From Armatimonadota bacterium (GTDB lineage Bacteria > Armatimonadota > SYMT01): DNA of 64,000 nt. Under the pieces are notes generated by a model. The model saw only the letters and a program-made list of their open reading frames with translations. It ran no database searches and was not told where the DNA came from. How positions within the stretch are numbered: position 1 is the stretch's first letter; every line of letters begins with the position of its first letter. Made by a program: the position numbers and the translations under genes. This document shows, in pieces, positions 29,024 through 39,351 of the stretch. Location of the stretch: NCBI GenBank assembly GCA_046292385.1, contig JBKBRF010000033.1:1-64000 (forward strand), given 5' to 3'.

Positions 29024-29596
29024 ATGAAATCGACTCGACGTTTACTCGGCTGGGCCATGGTCTTGTCGGTCGCCGCGGCGGCGCTGGCCGGCAGCGCGCT
29101 CGCCGCCCGGCCGCGGGTTGCGGTCGGCTGGCACGACGAGCTGAACAAGCCGCGTCGCTGGACGGCTTTCCCGCCTCCCAATGCCGCGGAGAAGCGGGTG
29201 CCGCGCCGCGGCGTGATGCGGCTCCGGATTCCGCCGGCGGCAGCCCAGGACCCGGCGCCGCCGTTCTACTGGGCGACGGTACACCGCGTCGCCGAAGTCG
29301 ATCTGGACCGCTATCCGATCCTCGCGGTGCGCACCACGCGGCTGAGCGGCGACACCTGGTGGGACTTCATGGTGCAGGAGGTACAGGACGGGGAGCTGGT
29401 GGGGCCGGAATACAAGACGCCCAGCTCGCGCGAGCCGGGCGTGCTTCTGTACGATCTCGCCAGTGAGACCGGGCTTTCCGGGACCAGGGAGCTCCGCATT
29501 CGCCTCAACGTAGCGCGAGTCACCCCCGGCTGCTGGGCCGACTACACCTACGTGCGGTTCTTGAGCCGCGGCGAGGCCGCCTCGCTGGCGGAATAG
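29024..29596 (+). CDS. Secreted hypothetical protein (predicted beta-sandwich)
   Basis: ATG 2 bp after the MBL stop; signal peptide MKSTRRLLGWAMVLSVAAAALAGSALA. Confidence 0.7.
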   Translation: MKSTRRLLGWAMVLSVAAAALAGSALAARPRVAVGWHDELNKPRRWTAFPPPNAAEKRVPRRGVMRLRIPPAAAQDPAPPFYWATVHRVAEVDLDRYPILAVRTTRLSGDTWWDFMVQEVQDGELVGPEYKTPSSREPGVLLYDLASETGLSGTRELRIRLNVARVTPGCWADYTYVRFLSRGEAASLAE

Positions 29597-29621
29597 GAGA
29601 ACGGACGCCCGCGCGGACGGC

Positions 29622-30041
29622 TCACGCGTCGCCGAGGACGGTGACGACGACGGTGCGCCGCCGGGGACGGACGTCGCACTCCAGGTGGAAGATCTGCTGC
29701 CAGGTGCCGAGAGCCGGCTCCCCCTCCGTCACCGGCACCGTGACGCCGGGGCCGAGGAGGGTCGCCTGGAGGTGGGAGTGGCCGTTGCCGTCGTGCCAGC
29801 GCTGCTCGTGGCCGTAGTCCCGGCTCGGCGGGATCAGCCGGTCCAGCATGGCCGGCAGGTCCTCTCGCAGCCCCGGCTCGAGCTCGATCACGCCGACCGC
29901 TGCCGTGCTGCCGAGGTTGAAGACGTGGGCCAGCCCCGTGCGGATGCCGGAGCGGCGCACCACCTCTGCCACCCGCTCCGTCAGGTCGTGCGTCTCTCCA
30001 TGGCCGCGCGTCTCAAGGGTAAGCTGTTCCTGGTGCACCAT
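29622..30041 (-). CDS. yjbQ: Secondary thiamine-phosphate synthase family YjbQ (UPF0047)
   Basis: GSTAA, DGNGHSHLQATLLG, LGTWQQIF. Confidence 0.92.
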   Translation of the reverse strand: MVHQEQLTLETRGHGETHDLTERVAEVVRRSGIRTGLAHVFNLGSTAAVGVIELEPGLREDLPAMLDRLIPPSRDYGHEQRWHDGNGHSHLQATLLGPGVTVPVTEGEPALGTWQQIFHLECDVRPRRRTVVVTVLGDA

Positions 30042-30267
30042 CGCGGACTCCTGCGGTTTGGCTGACGGCCCGGCAAGCTGCAGGTTCGAAGCCGGAGTGA
30101 CTGTGGGCAATACTTCCTCCGGCCTCGCGAAACCAGCCGGGGTCGCCGGGCCGGCCGGTTTGTTCGCTCGATACCGACAGGCCCTCTCTTCATTGATAAG
30201 CTTTGCGTGACCGCCCCGCGGCCTCCTTTACTCCTCCGCCGCCCATCCGGATGCGCCACGTCCGACT

Positions 30268-33200
30268 ATGCCTACTGAACCCTCGTCTTTTCTCCACCTG
30301 GGCACCGCCGCCACCCTGATCGGCGCCGCCCTCTCCGTGCTTCAGATGGCGCCTGCCGAAGAGGCAGAGGCCCCGTTCCGAGCGGAGCTCCTGAGCCGGG
30401 AGCAGCTCGCCGAGCGGGCGCGGCAGCTGGCGCGGGAGCACCGGGTGCTCCCCGGAAGGCAGCGCGGGCGCCCGCTGCTGCGCCGGGTGGAGGAGAGTGC
30501 GCGGTCGCTGGTCCGCAGCTACCAGGCGATCGCGGCGGCGGCGCGCCGGGGCGAGCCGGTGACGCCGGCCTCGGAGTGGCTGCTCGACAACTTCCACATC
30601 GTGGAGGAGCAGATCACCGGCATCCGCAAGCACCTGCCGCGCACCTACTACGCGGAGCTGCCGAAGCTGCGGGACGGGGAGCTCGCCGGCTACCCGCGGG
30701 TCTACGCGCTGGCGCTGCTGATCATCTCCCACTCCGACGGCGCGCTGGACGAGGAGACGCTGGCGGAGGTGGTGCAGGCGTACCAGAGCATCTCGCCGCT
30801 CAGCATCGGCGAGCTCTGGGCGGTGGCGATCATGCTGCGCGTGGGGCTGGTGGAGAACCTCCGTCGCCTCACCGAGCCGCTGGAGGCCCAGCGCCTGGCG
30901 CGCGCGGAGGCCGACGCCTGGGCGGAGCAGGTGATCGCCGCCGCGGCGAACGGCGCCTCCGAAGTAGCAGTGGTGCTGGGACAGCTCGCCGGGAGCCGGC
31001 TGCGGCTGCGGGACCCGTTCGTCGTGCGACTGGTCCAGCGGCTCCGCGGTCGCGGCGCCGCGGTGCAGCCAGTGCTCGACTGGCTGACGCGCCACGTCTC
31101 CGGCCAGGGCGGTCCCACCATCGAGGAGCGGGTCCGCGCGCAGAACCAGCTGCAGGCGGCGGACCAGGTCTCGATCAGCAACACGATCACCAGCTTCCGG
31201 CTGCTCGACCGCATCGACTGGGCCTCCTTCTTCGAGAAAGTGAGCCTGGTCGAGGCGGTGCTCCGGCGAGATCCCGCCGGGATCTACACGCAGTGCGACT
31301 TCGCCACGCGGGACGCCTGCCGGCATGAGGTGGAGCGGATCGCCCAGCGCAGCAACTCCACCGAGCTGGAAGTTGCCACGGAGGCGATCGACCTCGCCCG
31401 GGAGGGAGAGGCGCGCCGTCCCGGAGAGGTGCGACGGGCGCACGTCGGTTATTACCTGATCGACCGCGGCTGCCGGGAGCTGGAGCGGCGGTCGGAGTAC
31501 CGCCCCACTTCCGGCGAGCGGGTCCATACCTGGGTGCTGGACCACCCGACCGCCATCTTCCTCGGCGCAATCACGCTTTTCACCGTGCTCTTCACGGCGA
31601 TCGCGGTCTGGTACGCCGCCGTGGCCGGGCCGGATGCCTCGCCCTGGCTGGTGGCGCTGGCCGGCCTGGCGGCGCTCATCCCCGCCAGCGATCTGGCGGT
31701 CTCCGTGGTCAACCGCACCACCACGCTGCTGCTCCGGCCGCGCGTGTTGCCGAAGCTCGACTTCAGCACCGGCACGCCGACGGAGTTCCGCACGCTGGTG
31801 GTGATCCCCACGCTGCTCACCAGCGAAGAGGGGGTCGACGAGCTGCTCGACAACCTGGAAGTTCACTACCTGGCCAACACCGACCGGAACCTCCACTTCG
31901 CGCTGCTGACTGACTTCGCCGACGCGCCGCAGGAGGAGATGCCGTCCGACCTGGCGCTCCTCCACCGCGCCATCAGCGGCATCCTGCGGCTGAACGACCG
32001 GTATGAGGGGGTCAACTGCTATCAGCGGTTCTACCTCTTCCACCGCCCCCGCAAGTGGAACCCGTGCCAGGAAGTCTGGATGGGCTGGGAGCGGAAGCGC
32101 GGCAAGCTGATGGAGCTGAACCGGCTGCTGCGCGGCGCGGAGGACACCAGCTACCAGATCGTGATCGGCGACCGCGAGGCGATCCAGGGGGTGAAGTACA
32201 TCCTCTGCCTCGACTCGGACACGCAGCTTCCGCCGGAGTCGGCCCACCGCCTGATCGGGACGATGGCGCACCCGCTCAACCGCCCGGTCATCGATCCGGA
32301 GACGCGGCGCGTGGTGGAAGGCTACGGGCTGCTCCAGCCGCGCGTGAGCATCAACCTGCCGAGCGCCGCGCAGACGCTTTTCACCCGCATCTTCTCCGGG
32401 AACGCCGGGGTCGACCCCTACACCACGGCAGTCTCCGACGTCTACCAGGATCTCTTCCGCGAGGGGATCTTCTGCGGAAAGGGGATCTACGATCTCGACG
32501 CCTTCGAGCAGGTGCTAGAGGGGCGGGTCGGCGAGAACGAGCTGCTGAGCCACGACCTCTTCGAGGGCAGCTTCGCCCGCTGCGCGCTCGCTACCGACAT
32601 CGAGCTGTTCGACGACTACCCGGCCCGTTACAACAGCCACGCCGCCCGGCAGCACCGGTGGATCCGGGGCGACTGGCAGCTCCTGAAGTGGCTGGCGCCG
32701 CGGGTCCGGCAGCCCGCCACCGGGGGGCGCCCGGGCCCGAACCCGCTCTCCGCCATTGCACGGTGGAAGATCTTCGACAACCTCCGCCGGAGCATGGTGG
32801 CGCCGGCGCTGGCGCTGATGCTGGCGCTCGGGTGGCTCGTGCTGCCGGGAGAGCCGGTGGTCTGGACTCTCGGCGCGCTCCTGGTGGTGCTCTTCCCGAT
32901 CTACGCGCACCTCGCCGGCGCGCTCATCGTCGATCCGCGCGCCGTCCCCTGGACCAGCTACTTCTGGAACGTCTGGTACGACGCGCTGACCAACCTGGAG
33001 CAGGGGGCGCTCACGCTGAGCTTCCTGATGCACCAGGCGGTGAACGCGGTCGACGCGGCGGTGCGCACCCTCTGGCGCATGTTCGTCACCCGACGGAACC
33101 TGCTGGAGTGGACCACCGCCGCCGCCGCGGAACGGATGCTCGGCTCGGACCTCGTCAGCTTTACCCGGCGGATGGCGCCGTCGGTTGCCGTCTCCGCCCT

Positions 33201-36200
33201 GCTGCTGGTGCTGGTGGCGGCGCTCCGGCCGGGGGCGCTCGGCGCGGCCTTGCCGGTGCTGCTCACCTGGTTCGCCGCGCCCTGGGTCGCCTGGGCGGTC
33301 AGCCGGCCGCTCCGGAAGGAAGTCGTCACCCTGGCCCCGGATGAGATCGACTACCTGCGCCTGACCGCCCGAAAGACCTGGCGCTTCTTCGAGGAGACGG
33401 TCAGCGAAGCCGACAACTGGCTGCCGCCGGACAACTACCAGGAAGACCGGTTGCCGGCGATCGCGCACCGCACCTCCCCCACCAACATCGGCCTCCTGTT
33501 GCTCTCCACCGTCTCCGCGCGCGACCTCGGTTATGTCGGCCTGCTGGAGATGACCGACCGGCTGGAGCGCACCATGGCGACCCTGGACGGGATGGAGAAG
33601 TTCTGCGGGCACTTCTTCAACTGGTACGACACGGAGACCGCGAAGCCGATCCTGCCGTTCTACATCTCCACCGTCGACAGCGGCAACCTGGCCGGGCACC
33701 TGATCGCGCTCAAGCAGGCGTGCTGGGAGCTGCAATCGGAGCCGGTCTTCGGGGAGCAGACGCTGGCGGGCCTGCGGGACGTGCTGGCCGGGCTCCGCGA
33801 GGCGCTGGGCGACAAGGAGGGCGTGCTGGCGGAGCCGCTGGCGACGATGTCCCAGCTCCTGAACGATCCGTCTTACAGCGGCCCGGCTTGGCACTTCCAC
33901 CTGCAGAAGATCCGGTCGGTCGCCACCGTGATCGAGCAGCAGGCGGCGTCACTCTCCGAGATCGAGCTCGGCCGGGAGCCGCGGGCCTGGATCGGGATGC
34001 TTTCCCGGTCCGCGGCGGAGCTGCAGCGCGACCTGGAGACATTGATCCCCTGGGCCGGCCTCCTCACCATGCAGCCGGTGCCGTTCGGCGACGGCAAGCC
34101 GCTGTTCGGCGACCTCGAGGACCGGCCGCACGTCTTCGCGGAGCTGGTGACGCCCCCGGGAAAGCGCCCGCGCGGGCTCTTCCAGCTCGCGGAGGCGATG
34201 GACCGCGCCCTCGCGCACCTGGAGCGGCTCTACGCCCGCCTGGAGCTGGACGGGGTCTCCCCGGAGCAGCAGGAAGCGGCGCGGACCTGGCTGGGCGAGC
34301 TCCGGAACGCCTTCGAGCAGTGCCGGGTGCAGCGGGTGCAGCTCCTGCGCCGCCTCAGCGCCCTGGCGGAGCAGGCGAACCGGATGGTCGAGGAGATGAG
34401 CTTCGCGTTCCTCTACGACGAGGCGCGCGATCTCTTCGCCGTCGGCTACAACGTCACCGAGGCGCGGCTGGACGGGTTCCACTACGACCTCCTCGCCTCC
34501 GAGTGCCGGCTGGCGAGCTTCGTAGCGATCGCCAAGCGGGAAGTGCCGCAGAAGCACTGGTTCCGGATGGGCCGGGCTCTCACTTCCGCCGGCGGCGAGC
34601 GGGCGCTCGTCTCCTGGAGCGGCACGATGTTCGAGTACCTCATGCCGCTGCTCGTGATGCGCTCCTACGGCGGCACGCTGCTGGCGGAGACGATGCCGGC
34701 GGTGGTGCGGCAGCAGCAGCGCTACGCCGCGCGCGAAGGGGTGCCGTGGGGGATCTCCGAGAGCGGCTTCAGCGCTCGCGACCCCGGCATGAGCTACCAG
34801 TACCACGCCTTCGGGGTGCCGGGCCTGGGGCTCAAAGCGGACCTCTCCGAAGACCTGGTGATCGCGCCGTACGCCACCCTGCTCGCGCTGCCGCTGGCGC
34901 CGCGGGAGGCGGTGCGGAACCTGGAGGCGCTGGAGCGCGAGGGAGGCGAGGGCCCGCTCGGCTTCTACGAGGCGATCGACTACACCCCGACCCGCCTGCC
35001 GCGCGGCGAGCGGAGCGAAGTGGTGCGCAGCTACATGGCGCACCACCAGGGCATGGCGCTGGTGAGCCTGGCGAACTATCTGCTCGGCGACCCGATGCAG
35101 CAGCGCTTCCACGCCGACCCGCTGGTGAAGTCGGCGGAGCTGCTGCTCCAGGAGCGCAACCCGCGCGAGGCGACGCCGGCCCACCCGCAGACGCAGGAAG
35201 TGCTGGCGGCGCAGACCGTCCGGCGCGAGCTGGCCGCCGCCTCCGTGCGCCACTACACCACGGCGCAGACGAGCACCCCGCGCGTGCAGCTCCTCTCCAA
35301 CGGCAGTTACGCGGGAATGGTCACCAACTCCGGCGGCAGCTACAGCACCTGGAAGGGGATCGCCGTCACCCGCTGGCGGGAGGACCCGACCCGCGACCAC
35401 TGGGGGACCTTCCTCTACCTGCGCGATCTGCAGAGCGGCAGCGTCTGGAGCGCCACGCAGCAGCCGCTGCCGCAGGTCGCCGCGGAGTACGAGGTCTACT
35501 TCACGGAGGACAAGGCGGAGTTCCAGCGGCGCGAGCACGGCATCATGAGCCGGCTGGAGGTTTGCGTCTCCCCCGAAGACGACGTCGAGATCCGGCGGCT
35601 CACGCTGACCAACCTCTCCGACCAGCCGCGGGAGATCGAGGTGACGAGCTACGCGGAGGTGGTGCTCGCCAAGCCGCAGGCCGACATGGCCCACACCACC
35701 TTCAGCAACCTCTTCCTCGAGACGGAGTTCCGTCCGGAGCGCACCGCCCTGCTGGCCACGCGCCGGCCACGCGCCGCGGGACAGGAGCGGCTCTGGGCGG
35801 TCCACGTGCTGGCGCACGAGGGGGTGCCGGCGGAGATCTGGGCCGCCACCGAGTACGAGACCGACCGCGCCCGCTTCACCGGCCGCGGACGCACCACCGC
35901 CAACCCGCTCGCCCTGGAGACGAATGAGCCGCTCTCCGGCGCCACCGGACCGGTTCTCGACCCGATCTTCTCCCTGCGGCAAAAGGTGCGGATGGCGCCG
36001 CGGCAGACGGTCCAGCTCGCCTACATCACCGGCGCCGCGGCCAGCCGGGAAGAAGCGCTCGCCCTGGCGGAGCGGTACCACGACCTCCGCGCCGCGGGCC
36101 GCGCCTTCGAGCTGGCGTGGACCAACAGCCAGGTAGAGCTGCGCCACCTGGGGCTCACCCCGGAGCAGGCGAACCTGTGCCAGCGCCTCGCCTCCCGGGT

Positions 36201-39198
36201 GCTCTACGTCGACTCGTACGTCCGTCCCCCGGCGGAGGTGCTGGCCCGCAACACGCAGGGGCAGTCCGGCCTCTGGGCCTACGGCATCTCCGGTGACCTG
36301 CCGATCGTGCTGGCGCAGGTCGACAGCTTCGACGACCTCCCGCTCGTCTGCGACCTGCTGGTGGCGCACGAGTACCTGCGCCTGAAGGGGCTCAGCTTCG
36401 ACCTGGTGATCCTGAACGCCCACCCGCCCGGCTACCTGCAGCCGTTCGAGGAGGCGCTCTTCGACGCGGCGCGCAACGAGGGCGCCTACTTCGACCAGCC
36501 GGGCGGCGTCTTCATCCGCAAGGCGGAGCACATCCCGGACGCCGGCCGCCACCTGCTGCTCTTCGTGGCGCGGGCGGTCTTCAACGGCGACTACGGCTCC
36601 CTGGCGCACCAGCTCGACTGGCGGCCGGAGCGCAAGGAGCCGCCCGCGGAGTTCCAGCCGGCCCGCGCGCCGCTGCCGCCGCAGCACCACGAGCCGATGC
36701 ACATGGACCTCCGGTTCTTCAACGGCTTCGGCGGCTTCAGCGCGGACGGCCGCGAGTACGTGATGCTGCTGTTCGGGCGGGAGTGGACCCCCGCGCCGTG
36801 GATCAACGTGATTGCGAACAAGAGCTTCGGCTTCCTCGCGTCGGAGGCGGGCCTCGGCTACACCTGGTCGGGGAACAGCCGGGAGAACCGGCTGACGCCG
36901 TGGTCGAACGATCCGGTCTCCGACACCCCCGGCGAGGTGCTCTACCTGCGCCACGAGGACACCGGCCGGCTCTGGTCGCCCACCCCGCTGCCGATCCGGG
37001 AGCGAAACACCTTCGTGGTGCGGCACGGCCCCGGCTACACCACCTACCAGCACGAGTCGCACGGGCTGAACCAGGAGCTGACCGTCTTCACGCCGCCGGA
37101 CGAGCCGGTCAAGATCGTCCGGCTCAAGCTGCGGAACGTCTCCGACCGCGTCCAGCGCGTCTCCGCCACTTACTACGCGGAGTGGGTGCTCGGCGTGCTG
37201 CGGGACCTGAACCACCCGTACGTCGTCACCTCGCTCGACTCCGCCACCGGGGCGCTGCTGGCGCGCAACAGCTACAACACCGAGTTCGCGCAGCGGATCG
37301 CCTTCCTCGACGTGAACCGGATGCAGCGCACCGTCACCGGCGACCGGACCGAGTTCCTCGGCCGCAACGGCAGCTACCGCAGCCCGCGCGCGCTCAGCCA
37401 CTCCGACCTCTCCGGCACGGTGGGCGCGCAGCTCGACCCGTGCGGCGCGGTGCAGGTGAAGCTGGCGGTGCAGCCGGAGACGGAGCGGGAGCTGATCTTC
37501 ACCCTGGGTGAAGGCGCCGACCTGGCGGAAGTCCGCAACCTGGTGAACCGCTACCGCGATCCGAAGGAGGTGGATAACGCGCTGGCGACGGTACGGCAGG
37601 TGTGGGAGGACGTCCTCGGCACCGTCCAGGTGGAGACGCCGGACGGCGCGCTCGACCTGCTGCTGAACCGCTGGCTCCTCTACCAGGTCCTCGCCTGCCG
37701 CGTGTGGGCGCGCTCCGCGCTCTACCAGTCGGGCGGCGCCTTCGGCTTCCGGGACCAGCTTCAGGACGTGATGGCGCTCATCTCCAGCGGCTCCGCGCTG
37801 GGCTGGCAGGTGGCGCGGGAGCAGATCCTGCTCCACGCCAGCCGCCAGTTCATCGAGGGCGACGTGCAGCACTGGTGGCACCCGCCCACCGGCCGCGGCG
37901 TCCGCACCCGCTTCTCCGACGACCTGCTCTGGCTGCCGTACGTCACGCACCATTACGTGAAGACGACCGGCGACACCTCGATCCTGAGCGAGCAGGCGCT
38001 GTTCCTGATCGGCCGCCCGCTGGCGGAAGGCGAAGACGAGTACTACGACCTGCCGACCGTGGCGGACGAGAGCGCCACGCTCTACGAGCACTGCCTCCGC
38101 GCCATCCGCAAGGGCATGACCCAGGGCGCGCACGGCCTCCCGCTCTTCGGCAGCGGCGACTGGAACGACGGCATGAACCGCGTGGGCCACGAAGGCCGCG
38201 GGGAGAGCGTGTGGGTCGGCTGGTTCCTCTGCTCCATCCTCCAGGACTTCGCGCCGATCTGCGAACTGCGCGGCGAGCACGAGCTGGCAGAGGAGCTCCG
38301 GGCGGAGGTCGTCCGCCTGCAGGCCGCGATCGAGGAGCATGCCTGGGACGGCGAGTGGTACCGCCGCGCCTACTTCGACGACGGCACGCCGCTCGGCTCG
38401 AAGGTGAACGAGGAGTGCAAGATCGACGCGATCGCGCAAAGCTGGTCGGTCATCTCCGGCGCCGGCGACCCGGCCCGTTCCCGCCAGGCGATGGAGAGCG
38501 TGGAGAAGTACCTGGTGAACGAGAAGGACGAGCTGATCCTGCTCTTCACCCCGGCCTTCGACAAGAGCAGCCTCGACCCCGGCTACATCAAGGGCTACGT
38601 CCCCGGCGTGCGGGAGAACGGCGGACAGTACACCCACGCCGCGCTCTGGACCGTCCTCGCCACCGCCCTGCTCGGCAAGGGCAAACGCGCCCATGAACTC
38701 TTCACGCTGCTCAACCCGATCTGGCACGGCGACACGCCGGAGGCGGTGGCGAAGTACAAGGTCGAGCCGTACGTGGTCGCGGCCGACGTCTACGGCGTCC
38801 CGCCGCACACCGGCCGCGGCGGCTGGACCTGGTACACCGGCTCCGCGAGCTGGATGTACCGCGTGGGGCTGGAGGCGCTGCTCGGCTTCAGCCTGCTCGG
38901 TGACGCGCTCACGATGAACCCGTGCATCCCCGCGGAGTGGCCCGGCTTCCGCCTGAACTACTGCCACGGAGAGACGAAGTACGTGGTCACCGTGGAGAAC
39001 CCGGACCGCGTGGAGACCGGCGTCCGCGAGGTCACCCTCGACGGCAATCCGGTCCCGGACGGCCGCGTCCCGCTCGTCGACGACGGCCGCGAGCATGCCG
39101 TCCGCGTGGTGATGGGCACCCCCACCGTCTCCACCGCAGGCGACGGCCGCGCCCCTATCGCCAGCCCCGCGCCGACCCCCGCGGCGGGGGCTGAGTAG
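30268..39198 (+). CDS. ndvB: Cyclic beta-1,2-glucan synthase (GT84 + cyclisation domain + GH94 phosphorylase)
   Basis: 2976 aa; EWLLDNF, WMGWERKRGKL, LSHDLFEG, RQHRWIRGDWQ, RTSPTNIG, LLASECRL, QSGGAFGFRDQLQD, GDWNDGMN, RENGGQYTH. Confidence 0.96.
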   Translation: MPTEPSSFLHLGTAATLIGAALSVLQMAPAEEAEAPFRAELLSREQLAERARQLAREHRVLPGRQRGRPLLRRVEESARSLVRSYQAIAAAARRGEPVTPASEWLLDNFHIVEEQITGIRKHLPRTYYAELPKLRDGELAGYPRVYALALLIISHSDGALDEETLAEVVQAYQSISPLSIGELWAVAIMLRVGLVENLRRLTEPLEAQRLARAEADAWAEQVIAAAANGASEVAVVLGQLAGSRLRLRDPFVVRLVQRLRGRGAAVQPVLDWLTRHVSGQGGPTIEERVRAQNQLQAADQVSISNTITSFRLLDRIDWASFFEKVSLVEAVLRRDPAGIYTQCDFATRDACRHEVERIAQRSNSTELEVATEAIDLAREGEARRPGEVRRAHVGYYLIDRGCRELERRSEYRPTSGERVHTWVLDHPTAIFLGAITLFTVLFTAIAVWYAAVAGPDASPWLVALAGLAALIPASDLAVSVVNRTTTLLLRPRVLPKLDFSTGTPTEFRTLVVIPTLLTSEEGVDELLDNLEVHYLANTDRNLHFALLTDFADAPQEEMPSDLALLHRAISGILRLNDRYEGVNCYQRFYLFHRPRKWNPCQEVWMGWERKRGKLMELNRLLRGAEDTSYQIVIGDREAIQGVKYILCLDSDTQLPPESAHRLIGTMAHPLNRPVIDPETRRVVEGYGLLQPRVSINLPSAAQTLFTRIFSGNAGVDPYTTAVSDVYQDLFREGIFCGKGIYDLDAFEQVLEGRVGENELLSHDLFEGSFARCALATDIELFDDYPARYNSHAARQHRWIRGDWQLLKWLAPRVRQPATGGRPGPNPLSAIARWKIFDNLRRSMVAPALALMLALGWLVLPGEPVVWTLGALLVVLFPIYAHLAGALIVDPRAVPWTSYFWNVWYDALTNLEQGALTLSFLMHQAVNAVDAAVRTLWRMFVTRRNLLEWTTAAAAERMLGSDLVSFTRRMAPSVAVSALLLVLVAALRPGALGAALPVLLTWFAAPWVAWAVSRPLRKEVVTLAPDEIDYLRLTARKTWRFFEETVSEADNWLPPDNYQEDRLPAIAHRTSPTNIGLLLLSTVSARDLGYVGLLEMTDRLERTMATLDGMEKFCGHFFNWYDTETAKPILPFYISTVDSGNLAGHLIALKQACWELQSEPVFGEQTLAGLRDVLAGLREALGDKEGVLAEPLATMSQLLNDPSYSGPAWHFHLQKIRSVATVIEQQAASLSEIELGREPRAWIGMLSRSAAELQRDLETLIPWAGLLTMQPVPFGDGKPLFGDLEDRPHVFAELVTPPGKRPRGLFQLAEAMDRALAHLERLYARLELDGVSPEQQEAARTWLGELRNAFEQCRVQRVQLLRRLSALAEQANRMVEEMSFAFLYDEARDLFAVGYNVTEARLDGFHYDLLASECRLASFVAIAKREVPQKHWFRMGRALTSAGGERALVSWSGTMFEYLMPLLVMRSYGGTLLAETMPAVVRQQQRYAAREGVPWGISESGFSARDPGMSYQYHAFGVPGLGLKADLSEDLVIAPYATLLALPLAPREAVRNLEALEREGGEGPLGFYEAIDYTPTRLPRGERSEVVRSYMAHHQGMALVSLANYLLGDPMQQRFHADPLVKSAELLLQERNPREATPAHPQTQEVLAAQTVRRELAAASVRHYTTAQTSTPRVQLLSNGSYAGMVTNSGGSYSTWKGIAVTRWREDPTRDHWGTFLYLRDLQSGSVWSATQQPLPQVAAEYEVYFTEDKAEFQRREHGIMSRLEVCVSPEDDVEIRRLTLTNLSDQPREIEVTSYAEVVLAKPQADMAHTTFSNLFLETEFRPERTALLATRRPRAAGQERLWAVHVLAHEGVPAEIWAATEYETDRARFTGRGRTTANPLALETNEPLSGATGPVLDPIFSLRQKVRMAPRQTVQLAYITGAAASREEALALAERYHDLRAAGRAFELAWTNSQVELRHLGLTPEQANLCQRLASRVLYVDSYVRPPAEVLARNTQGQSGLWAYGISGDLPIVLAQVDSFDDLPLVCDLLVAHEYLRLKGLSFDLVILNAHPPGYLQPFEEALFDAARNEGAYFDQPGGVFIRKAEHIPDAGRHLLLFVARAVFNGDYGSLAHQLDWRPERKEPPAEFQPARAPLPPQHHEPMHMDLRFFNGFGGFSADGREYVMLLFGREWTPAPWINVIANKSFGFLASEAGLGYTWSGNSRENRLTPWSNDPVSDTPGEVLYLRHEDTGRLWSPTPLPIRERNTFVVRHGPGYTTYQHESHGLNQELTVFTPPDEPVKIVRLKLRNVSDRVQRVSATYYAEWVLGVLRDLNHPYVVTSLDSATGALLARNSYNTEFAQRIAFLDVNRMQRTVTGDRTEFLGRNGSYRSPRALSHSDLSGTVGAQLDPCGAVQVKLAVQPETERELIFTLGEGADLAEVRNLVNRYRDPKEVDNALATVRQVWEDVLGTVQVETPDGALDLLLNRWLLYQVLACRVWARSALYQSGGAFGFRDQLQDVMALISSGSALGWQVAREQILLHASRQFIEGDVQHWWHPPTGRGVRTRFSDDLLWLPYVTHHYVKTTGDTSILSEQALFLIGRPLAEGEDEYYDLPTVADESATLYEHCLRAIRKGMTQGAHGLPLFGSGDWNDGMNRVGHEGRGESVWVGWFLCSILQDFAPICELRGEHELAEELRAEVVRLQAAIEEHAWDGEWYRRAYFDDGTPLGSKVNEECKIDAIAQSWSVISGAGDPARSRQAMESVEKYLVNEKDELILLFTPAFDKSSLDPGYIKGYVPGVRENGGQYTHAALWTVLATALLGKGKRAHELFTLLNPIWHGDTPEAVAKYKVEPYVVAADVYGVPPHTGRGGWTWYTGSASWMYRVGLEALLGFSLLGDALTMNPCIPAEWPGFRLNYCHGETKYVVTVENPDRVETGVREVTLDGNPVPDGRVPLVDDGREHAVRVVMGTPTVSTAGDGRAPIASPAPTPAAGAE

Positions 39199-39219
39199 CC
39201 GCCTCTCACTGGAGAAAAC

Positions 39220-39254
39220 CCCGTGATTGCGTGAAACATCCACGCAATCACGGG
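39220..39254. terminator. Perfect 14-bp stem-loop after the glucan synthase gene (terminator or operator)
   Basis: cccgtgattgcgtg-aaacatc-cacgcaatcacggg. Confidence 0.55.
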
Positions 39255-39351
39255 ATAATCCTGTCACGGGTGCTGCCTATGGCACCCGTGGCGCCGGTGA
39301 CGCAGCACGCGCAGGGGATCCGTGTCGCTGTCTCACCGCATGAGAGCGAGC

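Noticed and set aside
33949..39267. 1772-aa minus-strand ORF and other long antisense or alternate-frame ORFs (e.g. 5440-8820 beyond DUF72, 57656-59671, 41603-43852)
   Set aside because: Shadow frames of well-supported genes in high-GC DNA; no recognisable motifs
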